A DNA stretch of 63,178 nucleotides, filler included, from Octopus bimaculoides (taxonomy: Eukaryota), in NCBI RefSeq assembly GCF_001194135.2. It is 4 parts of 4 records of this genome, joined end to end, with 100 filler letters (N's around TTAATTAATTAA, not from the genome) between each part and the next. Parts side by side here need not be neighbours in the genome. Positions count along the whole stretch, not along the records: positions 1 to 10,399 come from NC_069001.1; positions 10,500 to 38,250 come from NC_068986.1; 2 more parts are not named here. One strand, written 5' to 3'. How positions within the stretch are numbered: position 1 is the first letter of the stretch; each line of letters begins with the position of its first letter. The notes below the pieces were generated by a model. The model did not search any database. It was not told where the DNA came from and saw only the letters and a program-made list of their open reading frames with translations. Below are positions 1 through 13,824 of the stretch, piece by piece. Made by a program: the position numbers and the translations under genes.

Positions 1-195
1 CCCTGGGAACTCCTTTATTCTGATGGTCTTGCTTTTATTGCTGAATCACTACCAGAACTAGAGAAGAAGTTCCAGGTATGGAAGCAAAATCTAGAATCGA
101 AGGGCCTTAGAGTTAACCTAGCGAAAACCAAAGTCTTAATAAGTAGGAAGGCAGACAAATCACAAATCTCTTCAGGTAGGATGGCCCTGCTCAAT
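1..195 (+). mobile_element. RTE-like LINE reverse transcriptase fragment (inactive)
   Basis: Frame 1 reads PWELLYSDGLAFIAESLPELEKKFQVWKQNLESKGLRVNLAKTKVLIS, the RT region around the YADD motif, here mutated to YSDG. Runs off the window start. Confidence 0.85.
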
Positions 196-834
196 CATTA
201 TAAAAACCTGTAACTAACGAAGCTGTGCTTCACAAAATGCAATATGAAGATAACACCAACATTTAAAGATCTGATTCTCTTGTAAATAAACTAGTGGAAG
301 GTAATTCTGAGAAGCAGTTTCAAATCCTAGTTGAAACCATGAATCTAACAACTTTGGATACCTCAGGCCTATGTAAGAAAACTTTGGCAAAGTCCTCGTT
401 GCCCTTACCTTCATGGTTAGCCCACATTATTCCAAAAGGAGTATGTGGCTGGTTTCCTGGTTTCTCTGGCGCATATGTTCCACCCTGGACGAGATGCCCG
501 TCCATTGCAGGATTACTCATTTTTGAGAGTTGAGTGGACAGGAGCAATGTGAAAATGAAGTGTTTTGCTCAAGAACACAATGCATCACCTTGTCCAGGAA
601 TTGAAACCACAATCTTACGATGATGAGTCCAGCACCCTAACCACTGAGCCATGTGCTTTCACCGTCATGAATTGGAAGAATTGTTAGAGAACTGGAAGCA
701 ATGGACATGCAGTATTTATTTCAACTTTTTATGTTTTGGGTTCAAATCCTGCCAAGGTCAATTTTGCCTTATGTCCCTTTGAGGTAGATAAAATAAAGTG
801 GTAGTCAAACACTGGGTTCAACAGCAATCCTTAA

Positions 835-1125
835 CATCATCATCATTATTATCATCATTGTCATGATCATCTGTCATCATCATCATCCTCACCATCATCT
901 GTTATCATCACCATTTTCACCATCATCATCATTGTTGTCGTCATCACCATCATCATCATTGTCACAATCATGTCATTGTCATCATCATCATTGTCGTTGT
1001 CAGCATCATCATCACCTTTGTCGTCATTGTCATCATCATCATCATCATTATTGTTGCTGCCATCATCATCAATGTTGTTGTCATCATCATCATTATTACC
1101 ATTGCCTCTCTCCCACCATTGCTGT
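835..1125. repeat. Degenerate (CAT/CAC/TGT)n trinucleotide tract running into an N gap
   Basis: Direct reading; explains the His/Ser/Asp-rich spurious ORFs at 863-2069. Confidence 0.9.
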
Positions 1126-2023
1126 NNNNNNNNNNNNNNNNNNNNNNNNNNNNNNNNNNNNNNNNNNNNNNNNNNNNNNNNNNNNNNNNNNNNNNNNNNN
1201 NNNNNNNNNNNNNNNNNNNNNNNNNNNNNNNNNNNNNNNNNNNNNNNNNNNNNNNNNNNNNNNNNNNNNNNNNNNNNNNNNNNNNNNNNNNNNNNNNNNN
1301 NNNNNNNNNNNNNNNNNNNNNNNNNNNNNNNNNNNNNNNNNNNNNNNNNNNNNNNNNNNNNNNNNNNNNNNNNNNNNNNNNNNNNNNNNNNNNNNNNNNN
1401 NNNNNNNNNNNNNNNNNNNNNNNNNNNNNNNNNNNNNNNNNNNNNNNNNNNNNNNNNNNNNNNNNNNNNNNNNNNNNNNNNNNNNNNNNNNNNNNNNNNN
1501 NNNNNNNNNNNNNNNNNNNNNNNNNNNNNNNNNNNNNNNNNNNNNNNNNNNNNNNNNNNNNNNNNNNNNNNNNNNNNNNNNNNNNNNNNNNNNNNNNNNN
1601 NNNNNNNNNNNNNNNNNNNNNNNNNNNNNNNNNNNNNNNNNNNNNNNNNNNNNNNNNNNNNNNNNNNNNNNNNNNNNNNNNNNNNNNNNNNNNNNNNNNN
1701 NNNNNNNNNNNNNNNNNNNNNNNNNNNNNNNNNNNNNNNNNNNNNNNNNNNNNNNNNNNNNNNNNNNNNNNNNNNNNNNNNNNNNNNNNNNNNNNNNNNN
1801 NNNNNNNNNNNNNNNNNNNNNNNNNNNNNNNNNNNNNNNNNNNNNNNNNNNNNNNNNNNNNNNNNNNNNNNNNNAATGAATATATATATATAAATATGTT
1901 TGTATGTGAGATTAATGTGCGCACACACACACATATAAAAACAAATATATATATAGATAGATAGATAAATATACATACACACATACATCCACAAACACAC
2001 AGATACATGCTTATATGCATATA

Positions 2024-2419
2024 TCTTTTTACTTGTTTCAGTCATTTGAGAGTGGCCATGCTGGAGCACTGCTTTTTAGTCGAACAAATCGACCCCAGGA
2101 CTTATTCTTTGTAAGCTTAATATTTATTCTATCGATCTCTTTTGCTGAACCGCTAAGTTATGGAGACATAAACATACCAACATCGGTTATCGAGTGATGG
2201 TGGGGGGGAAAATACAGACACACAAAGGCACGCATGCAAGCACGCATACACACACATGATGAGGTTCTTTCAGCTTCCGTCTACCAAATCCACACACAAG
2301 GCTTTGGTCAGCCTGAGGCTATAGCAGAATACACTTGCCCAAGGTGCCATGCAGAGGGACCGAACTCGGAACTGTGTGGTTGTGGAGCAAGCATCTTACC
2401 ACACAGCCACTCCTTCACC

Positions 2420-2420
<1 letters not shown>
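2024..2420 (-). mobile_element. tRNA-headed SINE, family A, near full length
   Basis: Minus-strand head has A-box-like TGGCTGTGTGG and B-box-like GAGTTCGGTCCC, then body with internal (CA)n. The same body recurs at about 3795-4020, 4430-4590, 5570-5800, 7070-7340, 20450-20690 (+) and 53586-53735. Confidence 0.8.
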
Positions 2421-2458
<38 letters not shown>

Positions 2459-2754
2459 NNNNNNNNNNNNNNNNNNNNNNNNNNNNNNNNNNNNNNNNNN
2501 NNNNNNNNNNNNNNNNNNNNNNNNNNNNNNNNNNNNNNNNNNNNNNNNNNNNNNNNNNAGAGAGAGAGAGGGTGGTGGAGAGAGAGGTGGCAGAGGTGGT
2601 GAGGAGTAAGTTGAAGTGTTAGTAGAGTGTCAGAGTGGAGGTCACTAGTGTTGCTCCCTGACATTATCTCCCCACTTCTCTCTGCTTACAAGTTGCTGTA
2701 CAAATGTCACAGATATCAAACATTGCATTGACGAGCTGACAACAAGACCACCGC

Positions 2755-3150
2755 GATGATGGGACAACGATGACAACAACGATGATGATGATGACGACGA
2801 TGCCAGATGCCACTGATGACTGACAACGACAATGAAGACCATGACACTGTAGCCGATGATGGTGATGATGATGACTACACCCAACCACCACCACCACCAA
2901 TATTAATGTTGTCACCAGCATCACTGTCACCACAAATACCACCACTACCATCACTGCNNNNNNNNNNCACCACCACCAATATTAATGTTGTCACCAGCAT
3001 CACTGTCACCACAAATACCACCACTACCATCACTGCCAAATAGCTGACAACAACAATGACAACAGCCCCAATGCTGACTACCACCACCATCACCACCACA
3101 GACTGACTGACTGACTACCACCTCCACCACCGACTGACCACCACCACTGT
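2755..3150. repeat. GAT/CAC/CAA-rich low-complexity tract with an internal duplication
   Basis: caccaccaatattaatgttgtcaccagcatcactgtcaccacaaataccaccactaccatcactgc occurs twice, either side of a 10-N gap (probable assembly duplication). Confidence 0.8.
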
Positions 3151-4199
3151 TCTTAAATGCAGGAGAGACAGTCATCCAGCTTCAGAGCTGTACATGACGG
3201 GTCCCAGGGTAGCTTTCTATATCTACTCTAGATCAGGGGTTTTCAAACTTTTTAACTTGCGGACCCCTTTATATTTCAGGCTTTACCTTCTTACCTCTTC
3301 TCACCGCGCCCCCCCCCAAAAAAAACCCAAATATGAAAAAGAAGAGCAAACAAACAAACAACTCAGTTCAAGAAGTCTTACTTGAGTTAAGAATCCAATT
3401 AAATGTGTGGGGCTGATAATCCGTCAAAGTGATAATCCAGTTTAATCTGTGGGGATGGCGATCCATAGGAGAACTGTCGCTCACCTGAAAGACAAAAGGA
3501 AAATAGCAATGAGGAGCAGGGTCACTCATGAAAGGGGCTGAGTGAGCGAGGGAGGACCAATGGCATGGAATGGTAGCTATGACAGGGCTTATACATCTGT
3601 AGTGACCCTTACAGCTAGTCTTGGCATTGACATAAGCATACAGGTTCTATGTTAGGGACCAGCACGGCTGTGCAGTTAGGAAGTTTGCTTCCTAGCCATG
3701 TGATTTTGGGTTCAGTCCCATTGCATGGCATCGTGCGCAAGTGTTTTCTGTTGTGGTGTTCAGGTGGGTGACAACTGAGAGAAATCCATTGTATATATTC
3801 TTTTATTCTTTTACTTGTTTCAGTCATTTGACTGTGGCCATGCTGGAGTACTGCCTTTAGTTGAACAAGTCGAGCCCATGACTTATTCTTTGTAAGCGGA
3901 GTACTTATTCTATCGGTCACTTTTGCCGAACTGCTAAGTGACGGGAACATAAAAACACCAGCTTCGGTTGTCAGGCAATGCTGGAGGGACAAACACAAAC
4001 ACACACGCACACGATGGGCTGAAAAGAGTGAGTGAAGGCAGAGACGTACAGTGAGTGGTGAACCCAGGCAGAGAGAAGGAGGAAGTGTTAGGCAGATGGG
4101 TTGTGGGGGAGAGGTTCGTCAGGGACACTTTGTGTGCAGGGGGGGGTATGGACATAAATCCTTTCTACTACAAGCAGAAGGCATGAAAATTCATAGAGA

Positions 4200-5540
4200 G
4201 GGGGGAAGTCAATGATAACGCCCCCCCCCCCAGTACTCAACTGTTACTTATTTTATTGACTCTGAAAGATTGAAAGGTGAAGATGACCTTGGCAGAATTT
4301 GAACTCAGAACAGGTGAAATGCAGGTAAACATTTTGCTTGGTGTACTAACAATTCTGCCAACTCACCACCTTTTATAGACATAAATGACATGACTTTATG
4401 GCCCCAATTTACTTAGCTGGGTGGGTCTACTCAAGCACACAACAGGTTTCTTTCAGCTTCCGTCTACCAAATCAACTCACGAAATTATGTTGGCTCAAGG
4501 CTGTAGTAGAAGACAGTTGTTCAAGGTGTCACACAATGGGACTGAACCTGAAACCATGTGGCTAAGAAGCAAACTTCTCACCACAGACTCTGTTTTTTTT
4601 TTTTTTTTTGTTCCTTTTTCCTAGGAAAGGATGTACTGTGAGAATTGAGATGACTTATATCGGGTAAGATGGGAGGGTCATGAATGGAACGTTGTTTGAT
4701 CACAGGTCTCCTTAATCAAGATTGCCTTCAAACTAAACAACTACTCTTGATGTTACAAGTCCTGAAAAAATCTTCTAAATGAGTTTTTTTTGTTGTTTTT
4801 TTTTTGTTGTAGCCATTTTGCAAGTTCAGCTTGTATTACAGTCTGGCTCGCACATGGTTTTCTCTTTCAGTCCAGACAGTTTCTACATCAGCCAGTATCT
4901 TCACTAAATCATCTAGTGTTGTCGATTTAGCAATTAACATATCAGAAATATTACACACCCGCCAATAATATAGAGTGTAGACGTTAATTAATTCTATAAT
5001 AAGAACATATAATATTCATTACCTAGCTTACAAAAAAAAAAAATAATAAATAAATAAATAAAATGAATAACAAAAGAACAAAAGCAAAAAATAATATCCT
5101 TTCTACTATTGGAGCAAGGCTGGAAATCTTGTGTGAGAGAGAACTAGTTGATTATATTAACACAAGCGTTCAATTGATCTTATTTCATCAAACCTGAAAG
5201 GACAAAAGGCTAAGTTGGCTTCAGTAGGATTTGAACTCAGAATATAAAGCTAGATCAAATGCTGTTAATAATGGTTTCAAATTTTGGCACAGGGCCGGTA
5301 TTTCTAAGGGAGGGATAAGTTGATTACATCAACCCCAGTGCTCAGCTAGTACTTGTTTTAACGACCCCGAAAGAATAAAAGGCGGAGTTAGCATCAGCAG
5401 GATTTGAACTCAGACATTAAAGCTGGATCAAATGCTGTAAATAATGGTTTCAAATTTTGGCACAGCATTCAACTGGTTCACGTTTTATCGAACCTGAAAG
5501 GATGAAAGACAAAGTTGATCTCAGCAGAATGATTCTGCCA
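4200..5540 (-). mobile_element. Cluster of degenerate family-B SINE fragments (tttgaactcagaa core)
   Basis: Repeated atttgaactcaga (minus-strand B-box GAGTTCAAAT) at about 4300, 5230 and 5400, with shared flanking sequence. Confidence 0.7.
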
Positions 5541-6379
5541 GCTTGCTACCTCCTCCAAATGCTGTTACTCTTTTTACTCTTTTATTTGTTTCAGTGATTT
5601 GACTGCGGCCATGCTGGAGCACTGCCTTTCGTCGAGCAAATCGACCCCAGGACTTATTCTTTGTAAGCCTAGTACTTATTCTATCGGTCTCTTTTTGCCG
5701 AACCGCTAAGTTACGGGGACGTAAACACACCAGCATTGGTTGTCAAGCAAAGTTGGGGGGGACAAACACAGACACACAAACATATACACACACATACATA
5801 TANNNNNNNNNNNNNNNNNNNNNNNNNNNNNNNNNNNNNNNNNNNNNNNNNNNNNNNNNNNNNNNNNNNNNNNNNNNNNNNNNNNNNNNNNNNNNNNNNN
5901 NNNNNNNNNNNNNNNNNNNNNNNNNNNNNNNNNNNNNNNNNNNNNNNNNNNNNNNNNNNNNNNNNNNNNNNNNNNNNNNNNNNNNNNNNNNNNNNNNNNN
6001 NNNNNNNNNNNNNNNNNNNNNNNNNNNNNNNNNNNNNNNNNNNNNNNNNNNNNNNNNNNNNNNNNNNNNNNNNNNNNNNNNNNNNNNNNNNNNNNNNNNN
6101 NNNNNNNNNNNNNNNNNNNNNNNNNNNNNNNNNNNNNNNNNNNNNNNNNNNNNNNNNNNNNNNNNNNNNNNNNNNNNNNNNNNNNNNNNNNNNNNNNNNN
6201 NNNNNNNNNNNNNNNNNNNNNNNNNNNNNNNNNNNNNNNNNNNNNNNNNNNNNNNNNNNNNNNNNNNNNNNNNNNNNNNNNNNNNNNNNNNNNNNNNNNN
6301 NNNNNNNNNNNNNNNNNNNNNNNNNNNNNNNNNNNNNNNNNNNNNNNNNNNNNNNNNNNNNNNNNNNNNNNNNNNNNNG

Positions 6380-6590
6380 GACTTACAAATATATATAACA
6401 TACAGAAAATTGCACTACTGGGTACTGCACACATTCTACGCAAAACACTTTCAATACAGTAAACATAAGAGCACCACAGCAAACCACAGCACATACCCAA
6501 GGCGCACAGAGCTGCGCTCGGTAGTGAAGTGAAAGCACGTTATAAAAATAAAACTACTGAACAATAATAATAATAATAATAATAATAACT
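6380..6590 (+). mobile_element. 3' end of an RLE-clade (R4/Dong-like) LINE with (AAT)n tail
   Basis: Reads GLTNIYNIQKIALLGTAHILRKTLSIQ*, the typical C-terminus of R4/Dong-type ORFs, followed by a short UTR and (AAT)n. Confidence 0.7.
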
Positions 6591-6734
6591 AGCTGGACCT
6601 GTGAAAAATTCACAGAAAATATAAAAAATGTAAGCATCTGTAAAGAGTGTACTGGTGCCATGAGAAATGTTTGTATATTATGACCGTCTGTCTTTATGTT
6701 CTGAGTTCAAATTCTGCTGAGATCAACTTAGAGT

Positions 6735-7060
6735 GATTAGAGTGTCGGGCTCACAGTTATGAAGTAGTGAGTTCGATTCTCGGACTGGGCTGTGTGTTGT
6801 GTTCTTGAGCAAGACGCTTGATTTCACTTTGCTCCAGTTCACTCAGCAGTTGAAATGAATTGCGACGTCACTGGTGCCAGGCTGTATCGGCCCCTTAGCC
6901 TTTCCCTTGGATAACATCAGTGACGTGGAGAGCGGAGGCTGATATGCATGGGTGACTGCTGGTCTTCCATAAACAACCTTGCCCGAACTTGTGTCTCAGA
7001 GGGGAACTTTCTAGGTGCAACCCCATGGTCAGTCATGACTGAAGAGGGTCTTTACTCTTA
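6735..7060 (+). mobile_element. tRNA-derived SINE, additional family
   Basis: B-box GAGTTCGATTC at about 6770, followed by a ttcttgagcaagac-type core also seen in other copies in the window. Confidence 0.6.
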
Positions 7061-7341
7061 CCCTATCTTCTTACAGACTGCGGCCATGCTGGGGCACTAC
7101 CTCGAAGAATTCTTAGCTGAATGAATTGACCCCAGTACATTTTCTGTTTGGTAAGCCCGGTACTTATTCTATTGGTCTTTTTGCTGAACTGCTAAGTTAC
7201 AGGGATGTAAAGGCACCAACGCCAATTGTCAAATGGTGGTGGGGAACAAACATGTCTACACATAGACACACACACACACATACACACACACACACACACA
7301 CACAAACACAAACACACACATGATGGGCTTCTTTCAGTTTC

Positions 7342-7530
7342 TTATTTGTTTATTGCCCACAAGGGGCTAAACATAGAGGGGACAAACAAGGACATACAAA
7401 GGGATTAAGTCAATTACATTGATCCCAATGCATAACTGGTACTTAATTTATCGACCCCGAAAGGATGCAAGGCAAAGTCGACCTCGGTGGAATTTGAACT
7501 CAGAACATAACGGCAGATGAAATATCACTA
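7342..7530 (-). mobile_element. Family-B SINE variant with AAATAAG tail, inserted into a family-A SINE
   Basis: Near-identical to 34991-35222; interrupts a family-A copy at gggcttctttcagtttc|ttatt. Confidence 0.7.
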
Positions 7531-8825
7531 NNNNNNNNNNNNNNNNNNNNNNNNNNNNNNNNNNNNNNNNNNNNNNNNNNNNNNNNNNNNNNNNNNNNNN
7601 NNNNNNNNNNNNNNNNNNNNNNNNNNNNNNNNNNNNNNNNNNNNNNNNNNNNNNNNNNNNNNNNNNNNNNNNNNNNNNNNNNNNNNNNNNNNNNNNNNNN
7701 NNNNNNNNNNNNNNNNNNNNNNNNNNNNNNNNNNNNNNNNNNNNNNNNNNNNNNNNNNNNNNNNNNNNNNNNNNNNNNNNNNNNNNNNNNNNNNNNNNNN
7801 NNNNNNNNNNNNNNNNNNNNNNNNNNNNNNNNNNNNNNNNNNNNNNNNNNNNNNNNNNNNNNNNNNNNNNNNNNNNNNNNNNNNNNNNNNNNNNNNNNNN
7901 NNNNNNNNNNNNNNNNNNNNNNNNNNNNNNNNNNNNNNNNNNNNNNNNNNNNNNNNNNNNNNNNNNNNNNNNNNNNNNNNNNNNNNNNNNNNNNNNNNNN
8001 NNNNNNNNNNNNNNNNNNNNNNNNNNNNNNNNNNNNNNNNNNNNNNNNNNNNNNNNNNNNNNNNNNNNNNNNTATATATATGTATATATATATATATTTA
8101 TATGCGTATATATATATATATGTGTGTGTGTGTGTATATATATATTATTCAATATCCTGTATAAATTAATTAAAAGGTGGGTAAATTCCACAATTAGCAT
8201 AAGAAGGAAAATTCCACCCCATAAATTACTAAATTTCACTTACCAAAGATGAACAAGACTCAATTAACTTAAAATTGTGATCTATCATCTGTCGGACATA
8301 GAATGTTCTCTCTCTAGGGGGTTAAGCCCTGAACATTATTATCATAGAGCAAAGATAAACATAACATGCCTGTAGCAAAATTAATTAAGTCATATACTGT
8401 AATGGTTCGTTATAAAGATTGGCAGTTCATCACTCATTAACTCTCTAGGTAACACTGCATCATCACTAATCAATCACTAATCTTTAATGAGCTGATGTGG
8501 GAAGGTATTTTATATGTTGGCTTGATCTGCAAGAAACAGCAGCCAAATTAACTCCATATCCCTTGTTTTTAAACAAAATGAAGGACATGGTAGATGATGT
8601 AGCATTTGATATACTATATGGGGAAGGGCATGGCTGGAATGTCTTTGAGCATAGATCTGCTGTCATCCCTAGCCTCATCATCATCATCAACAATATCGTT
8701 ACTGAGTGAGCCTATATATGGTCACTTGATCTGCAAGAAATAGCAGCCAAACCTACCCCACCTCTGCTATATTGAAAACAATGCAGGACACATTAGATGA
8801 TTTAATACTTGATATATTATAACAT

Positions 8826-9105
8826 GTGGAGGCGCAATGGCCCAGTGGTTAGGGCAGTGGACTGGCGGTCATAGGATCGCGGTTTCGATTCCCAGACTGG
8901 GTGTTGTGAGTGTTTATTGAGCGAAAACACCTAAAAGTTCCATGAGGCTCCGGCAGGGGACGGTGGCGAACCCTGCTGTACTCTTTCATCACAACTTTCT
9001 CTCACTCTTTCTTCCTGTTTCTGTTGTACCTGTATTTCAAAGGGCCAGCCTTGTCACACTCTGTGTCATGCTGAATATCCCCGAGAACTACGTTAAGGGT
9101 ACATG
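8826..9105 (+). mobile_element. tRNA-derived SINE, family C
   Basis: A-box TGGCCCAGTGG, B-box GGTTTCGATTCC; a related copy lies at about 52690-52900. Confidence 0.75.
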
Positions 9106-10443
9106 NNNNNNNNNNNNNNNNNNNNNNNNNNNNNNNNNNNNNNNNNNNNNNNNNNNNNNNNNNNNNNNNNNNNNNNNNNNNNNNNNNNNNNNNNNNNNNN
9201 NNNNNNNNNNNNNNNNNNNNNNNNNNNNNNNNNNNNNNNNNNNNNNNNNNNNNNNNNNNNNNNNNNNNNNNNNNNNNNNNNNNNNNNNNNNNNNNNNNNN
9301 NNNNNNNNNNNNNNNNNNNNNNNNNNNNNNNNNNNNNNNNNNNNNNNNNNNNNNNNNNNNNNNNNNNNNNNNNNNNNNNNNNNNNNNNNNNNNNNNNNNN
9401 NNNNNNNNNNNNNNNNNNNNNNNNNNNNNNNNNNNNNNNNNNNNNNNNNNNNNNNNNNNNNNNNNNNNNNNNNNNNNNNNNNNNNNNNNNNNNNNNNNNN
9501 NNNNNNNNNNNNNNNNNNNNNNNNNNNNNNNNNNNNNNNNNNNNNNNNNNNNNNNNNNNNNNNNNNNNNNNNNNNNNNNNNNNNNNNNNNNNNNNNNNNN
9601 NNNNNNNNNNNNNNNNNNNNNNNNNNNNNNNNNNNNNNNNNNNNNNNNNNNNNNNNNNNNNNNNNNNNNNNNNNNNNNNNNNNNNNNNNNNNNNNNNNNN
9701 NNNNNNNNNNNNNNNNNNNNNNNNNNNNNNNNNNNNNNNNNNNNNNNNNNNNNNNNNNNNNNNNNNNNNNNNNNNNNNNNNNNNNNNNNNNNNNNNNNNN
9801 NNNNNNNNNNNNNNNNNNNNNNNNNNNNNNNNNNNNNNNNNNNNNNNNNNNNNNNNNNNNNNNNNNNNNNNNNNNNNNNNNNNNNNNNNNNNNNNNNNNN
9901 NNNNNNNNNNNNNNNNNNNNNNNNNNNNNNNNNNNNNNNNNNNNNNTCAGACATCATCATCAACAACACCATGCTATTTCCACATACAACATACCATTAC
10001 CACCACTACCACCACCACCACCACCACCAACAACAACAACACATACCACCAACACACATAGCTAACATCAACCACAACTGCAACTATCGACACACACACA
10101 CACACACACACACAATCATCACCATCACTAACAACAACAACAATAAACACTACAACCATCATTCCACATAGGTTACCACTGCCCACATCACCACATACCA
10201 CTAATATCAGTACCTATACACCACCAACAGCAACGCAAACACACTACTGCTACTAACACCACTACTACCACCACCACCATCAACAGCAACACACATAAAC
10301 AACAACAGCACCATCACTGCCATCAACATGCAACACCCCCCACAAATGAACAACCCCACCTCCTCCATCCCCCATCCCCACCCCCACCACATATCATTAN
10401 NNNNNNNNNNNNNNNNNNNNNNNNNNNNNNNNNNNNNNNNNNN

Positions 10444-10455
10444 TTAATTAATTAA
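10444..10455. other. Assembly linker TTAATTAATTAA inside N runs (also at 38295 and 53498)
   Basis: Identical 12-mer flanked by N runs on both sides three times; it gives stops in all six frames and is a known contig-joining spacer. Confidence 0.9.
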
Positions 10456-11931
10456 NNNNNNNNNNNNNNNNNNNNNNNNNNNNNNNNNNNNNNNNNNNNT
10501 ACATACATATATATTTAAATATATACATATATATATATATACATACACGTATATATACATATACATATATATATATATATATGTATATATGTTACACAAA
10601 CACGCGTGTTTGTGTTTGTGTAACTAGTGGCTTATATAAAACTCTTTTGTAACATAAGAATTCAAAGATTGCTAATCATCACTTTTTGACGTCACAGTTG
10701 GTGGCCTTTTAAAAGATGTTATCGAAGCATTTGCATGAGCAGGATTCTCTTGTGAAGATTTACTATCCAGTTCTTTCTTATCTTCCTGAGAGTAAAGAGC
10801 CATGTCTTCTTACAGCGAATCGTTGTTTCAGCTACTTGTGCCGTTTTTCCTCACTGAACTTGCTATTTGTGTATGTAATCAATTTTAAGATGATGTGACT
10901 GTTTAACTGGAAAATAACTATTGCGGACACCTGAATAGCTTATTTTACTTCAATACTGTTTTTATGTTTTTTGGGGAGTTGCAGAACATGGGGACTAGCA
11001 CTCTGTCGCTCGCGACGGATAAGTTTCCAAATGATCTGATTAACGGAACAGCCTGCTCGTGAAATTATCGGGCAAGTGGTTGAGCACTCCGCAAACATGC
11101 ATACGCTTAACGCAGTTCTCAGTGAGATTCAGCGTGACACGGAGACACTACTCGCTTTTGCTAGCTGAGAAGTCTGGAGCAACCTGAAATAAATTGTCTT
11201 ACTGAAGGATACAATGCGCCACCAGGAATCAAAGTCACGATTTTATGACCGTAACTTCCAAACCACGTGCCTTCAACATATTAACAATGCAGAAAATAAG
11301 GTTGTTGTGAGACATACAATAATGTCAAGCATAAAAGGACAAGAGATAATTCTTTTAACAAGCTGAGACCAGATTCAGTTTTCGGCTGAAGCCGTTTCAT
11401 CAATATCAGCAGCAGTATCTTTTTAACATTCAGTTTCCTAGGCTTGCGTGAATCATATGGAGTTCGTTGAGGTAGATTTTCTACATTAACTGTCTTTACA
11501 CTCTCACAGTATTATTTTCTTATGGTTGGACATGTTCTCATGTAAAATACAGCACTAACTGTGAAACAGGAACTCTTGTTTACATTTTTCGTATGATGTT
11601 AAGACAAGGAGAAACATACACGCGTACATACCTACATGATATGCGCGCACATGATCTCTCTTAGTTTTGTTCACCAAATCGCATCATAAAGCTTTTATTG
11701 ACCTGAGTATATTCTAGAAGACTCATGCCCAACGTACCGCTTCTCTTTAATGAATTGTTATTGTTTTGAGAAAAGTATGATCATTCCAACTGCCAATTCC
11801 TTATTCTGTTAGCATTGAGATTTTACACCCGGCAAAAAAAGAAGAATGTTATTTCTGTTGTTGTGCTAACAAAATTGGGTGTGGGCGGAAGTTTTACGTA
11901 ATAAAAACAAAGTGAAATAAAAGATACTTAC

Positions 11932-12018
11932 TATTAATAGGATATCTGACCCATGGTTCGCTATACGAGTAGGAGCCGTACGCTGGGGCAGCACCGTAAT
12001 TATTGGCATAGTCATTTG
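11932..12018 (-). CDS. Internal coding exon, phase 1-1: (x)NDYANNYGAAPAYGSYSYSEPWVRYPIN(x); Tyr-rich, resembles the Pax2/5/8 C-terminal region
   Basis: Acceptor ttctttttcgattttatttcttcag|, donor AATA|GTAAGT, 87 nt (multiple of 3), GC-rich island in AT-rich DNA. The phase-0 frame is also open, and the family call is from memory only. Confidence 0.6.
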
Positions 12019-13785
12019 CTGAAGAAATAAAATCGAAAAAGAACGTTAGAATTTCAATTCATGAGTTGTATCTAATTTGCAGTAATTCAAGAAAATATTT
12101 AATTCATGAATTTAGTTATAGAATTAGCTATTAAAAAGAAACAACGGCATCAAATACAAATAAATAATACATTATTTCATTAATAACATGCAGGTTTTTT
12201 TTTTTTTTTTGCTTTTTAAGTCAACTATTTTAGATTTGTCTTTCAACCAAGGCTTTTCTGGTGAATACTAGACAGATAAATGATCAATCAAACTGCAAGA
12301 AATAGCAGTCTGAATGATCACATATCTAGTTGAGAAACACCCTACCCTCTTTAAAATGTTCAATGGACAACATTAGTCTTTGATGTATAAAGAGGACAAA
12401 TCATCAATGCTGTAACATATTTAGTCATAGATTTCCTCAATCAGGACTGACCAGAATACAAACAACTAAGAAAGAGAGAGAAAAAATATGAATAAATTAC
12501 TTTTAAAACTCCGACCATGTATTTTACACATAAGATAGACACTATATACATCTGTGGTGTATTGTGGTTTGTTTGTGTGTGTGTCTTTCTGTTTTCAAGT
12601 CGAAAGGCTATGATCAAGGAATTTGGCTATTATTCTTAGCAGGTTGACCTGGTCAAGCTTCTTTTGTTCACTCATGATTATAGTAAAATCAAAAAATTTG
12701 TATGTGTGAGTGAACCAAACAGCTGGGTATTTGTTTAAAGGATACTAGAGAATCGAATGATGAAGGAATTGGAATACTCAAAGGAGAGAGACCCAACTTG
12801 ACTGAAAGATATTTACACTGGAAATATATCAATTCTACGACTTCTTCATATTACATTGATAACAAGTGTTAATCATTTTGAAGCTCAAATAAGGCAAACA
12901 ATTTGGTGGAAATGAATTTGGCGGTATAATCAACGTGAGTTCTTGACTGGCTCATATTTTACTACACATGTGCTTTACAAATTTTGCCAACCATGATAAT
13001 TACAAGCGGAACCCATGATAATTCCAGCTATTATGAATTTTGAAAATCCTGTCATGATTCATAAATATATGTCTTCGATTTTTTCCATCGTTAAGGCCAT
13101 TTAAAACTTAACACTCCAACATATGTCAAATGTTTAAGAAACAAACAGAAAAATGTTTTAGAATTTGCCAAAAGGGTACACGTTTTGAGAAAGTGTACTG
13201 ATTCCAATATTTGACACTTACTTATTTTGCCAACACTAGGTGGATAGAAAATAAAAAAATTAACCCCTACGGCATTTGAAATCATTGTGTAACAGGTTTT
13301 GTGTATGCTTTATCGATTTTGACATTTATAATTTATGTAAAAATAAGAATGATTATTTTTTTAAAGAAACACAACGCTAGAAATTTGTGCGGGTAGGGGT
13401 CTACTGATTATGTCGACTCTAGTACTTGGCTAGTTAATTTACTTTATCAACATCACAAAAATTAATAGCAATGTTGATTAAAACTGTTACGTCGACGCCC
13501 CAAGCGAAGAAGTAGGATCTCCCAAGACATATAAATAGAGGTAGTCTGACCGTGATAGGAGTGTTGAGTAGCAGTCGTGTAGCGGTTGAGTAGCGATCAT
13601 CCGAAGGTGCTAGATAGCTTGAGACATAACAAAAACTTAGATGATAAAGCGCTGCAAGAAATATCACTAAAATTTTATCTATTTTTAATAAATCAGTTAA
13701 TCCAAGGAATAATCTTTTTTATTATAAGCACAAGTCCTGAGCCGCTAGTCGATTATATTGACTCTGCCAGCTCGCAGCTTTAATA

Positions 13786-13824
<39 letters not shown>

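Noticed and set aside
863-10171. Long ORFs in the track (863-2069, 5706-6532, 7448-8239, 8942-10171, and similar at 26.4, 29.6, 42.3, 44.7 and 57.7 kb)
   Set aside because: They are open only because they cross N runs and microsatellites; no coding signal.
10444-10455. TTAATTAATTAA repeated three times in the window (10444, 38295, 53498)
   Set aside because: Always embedded in N runs; a scaffolding linker, not biology.
10670-10790. Minus-strand possible terminal exon EDKKELDSKSSQENPAHANASITSFKRPPTVTSKSDD*
   Set aside because: Phase 0, incompatible with the phase-1 donor of the 11932-12018 exon; no homology recognised. Not excluded as UTR or an alternative exon.
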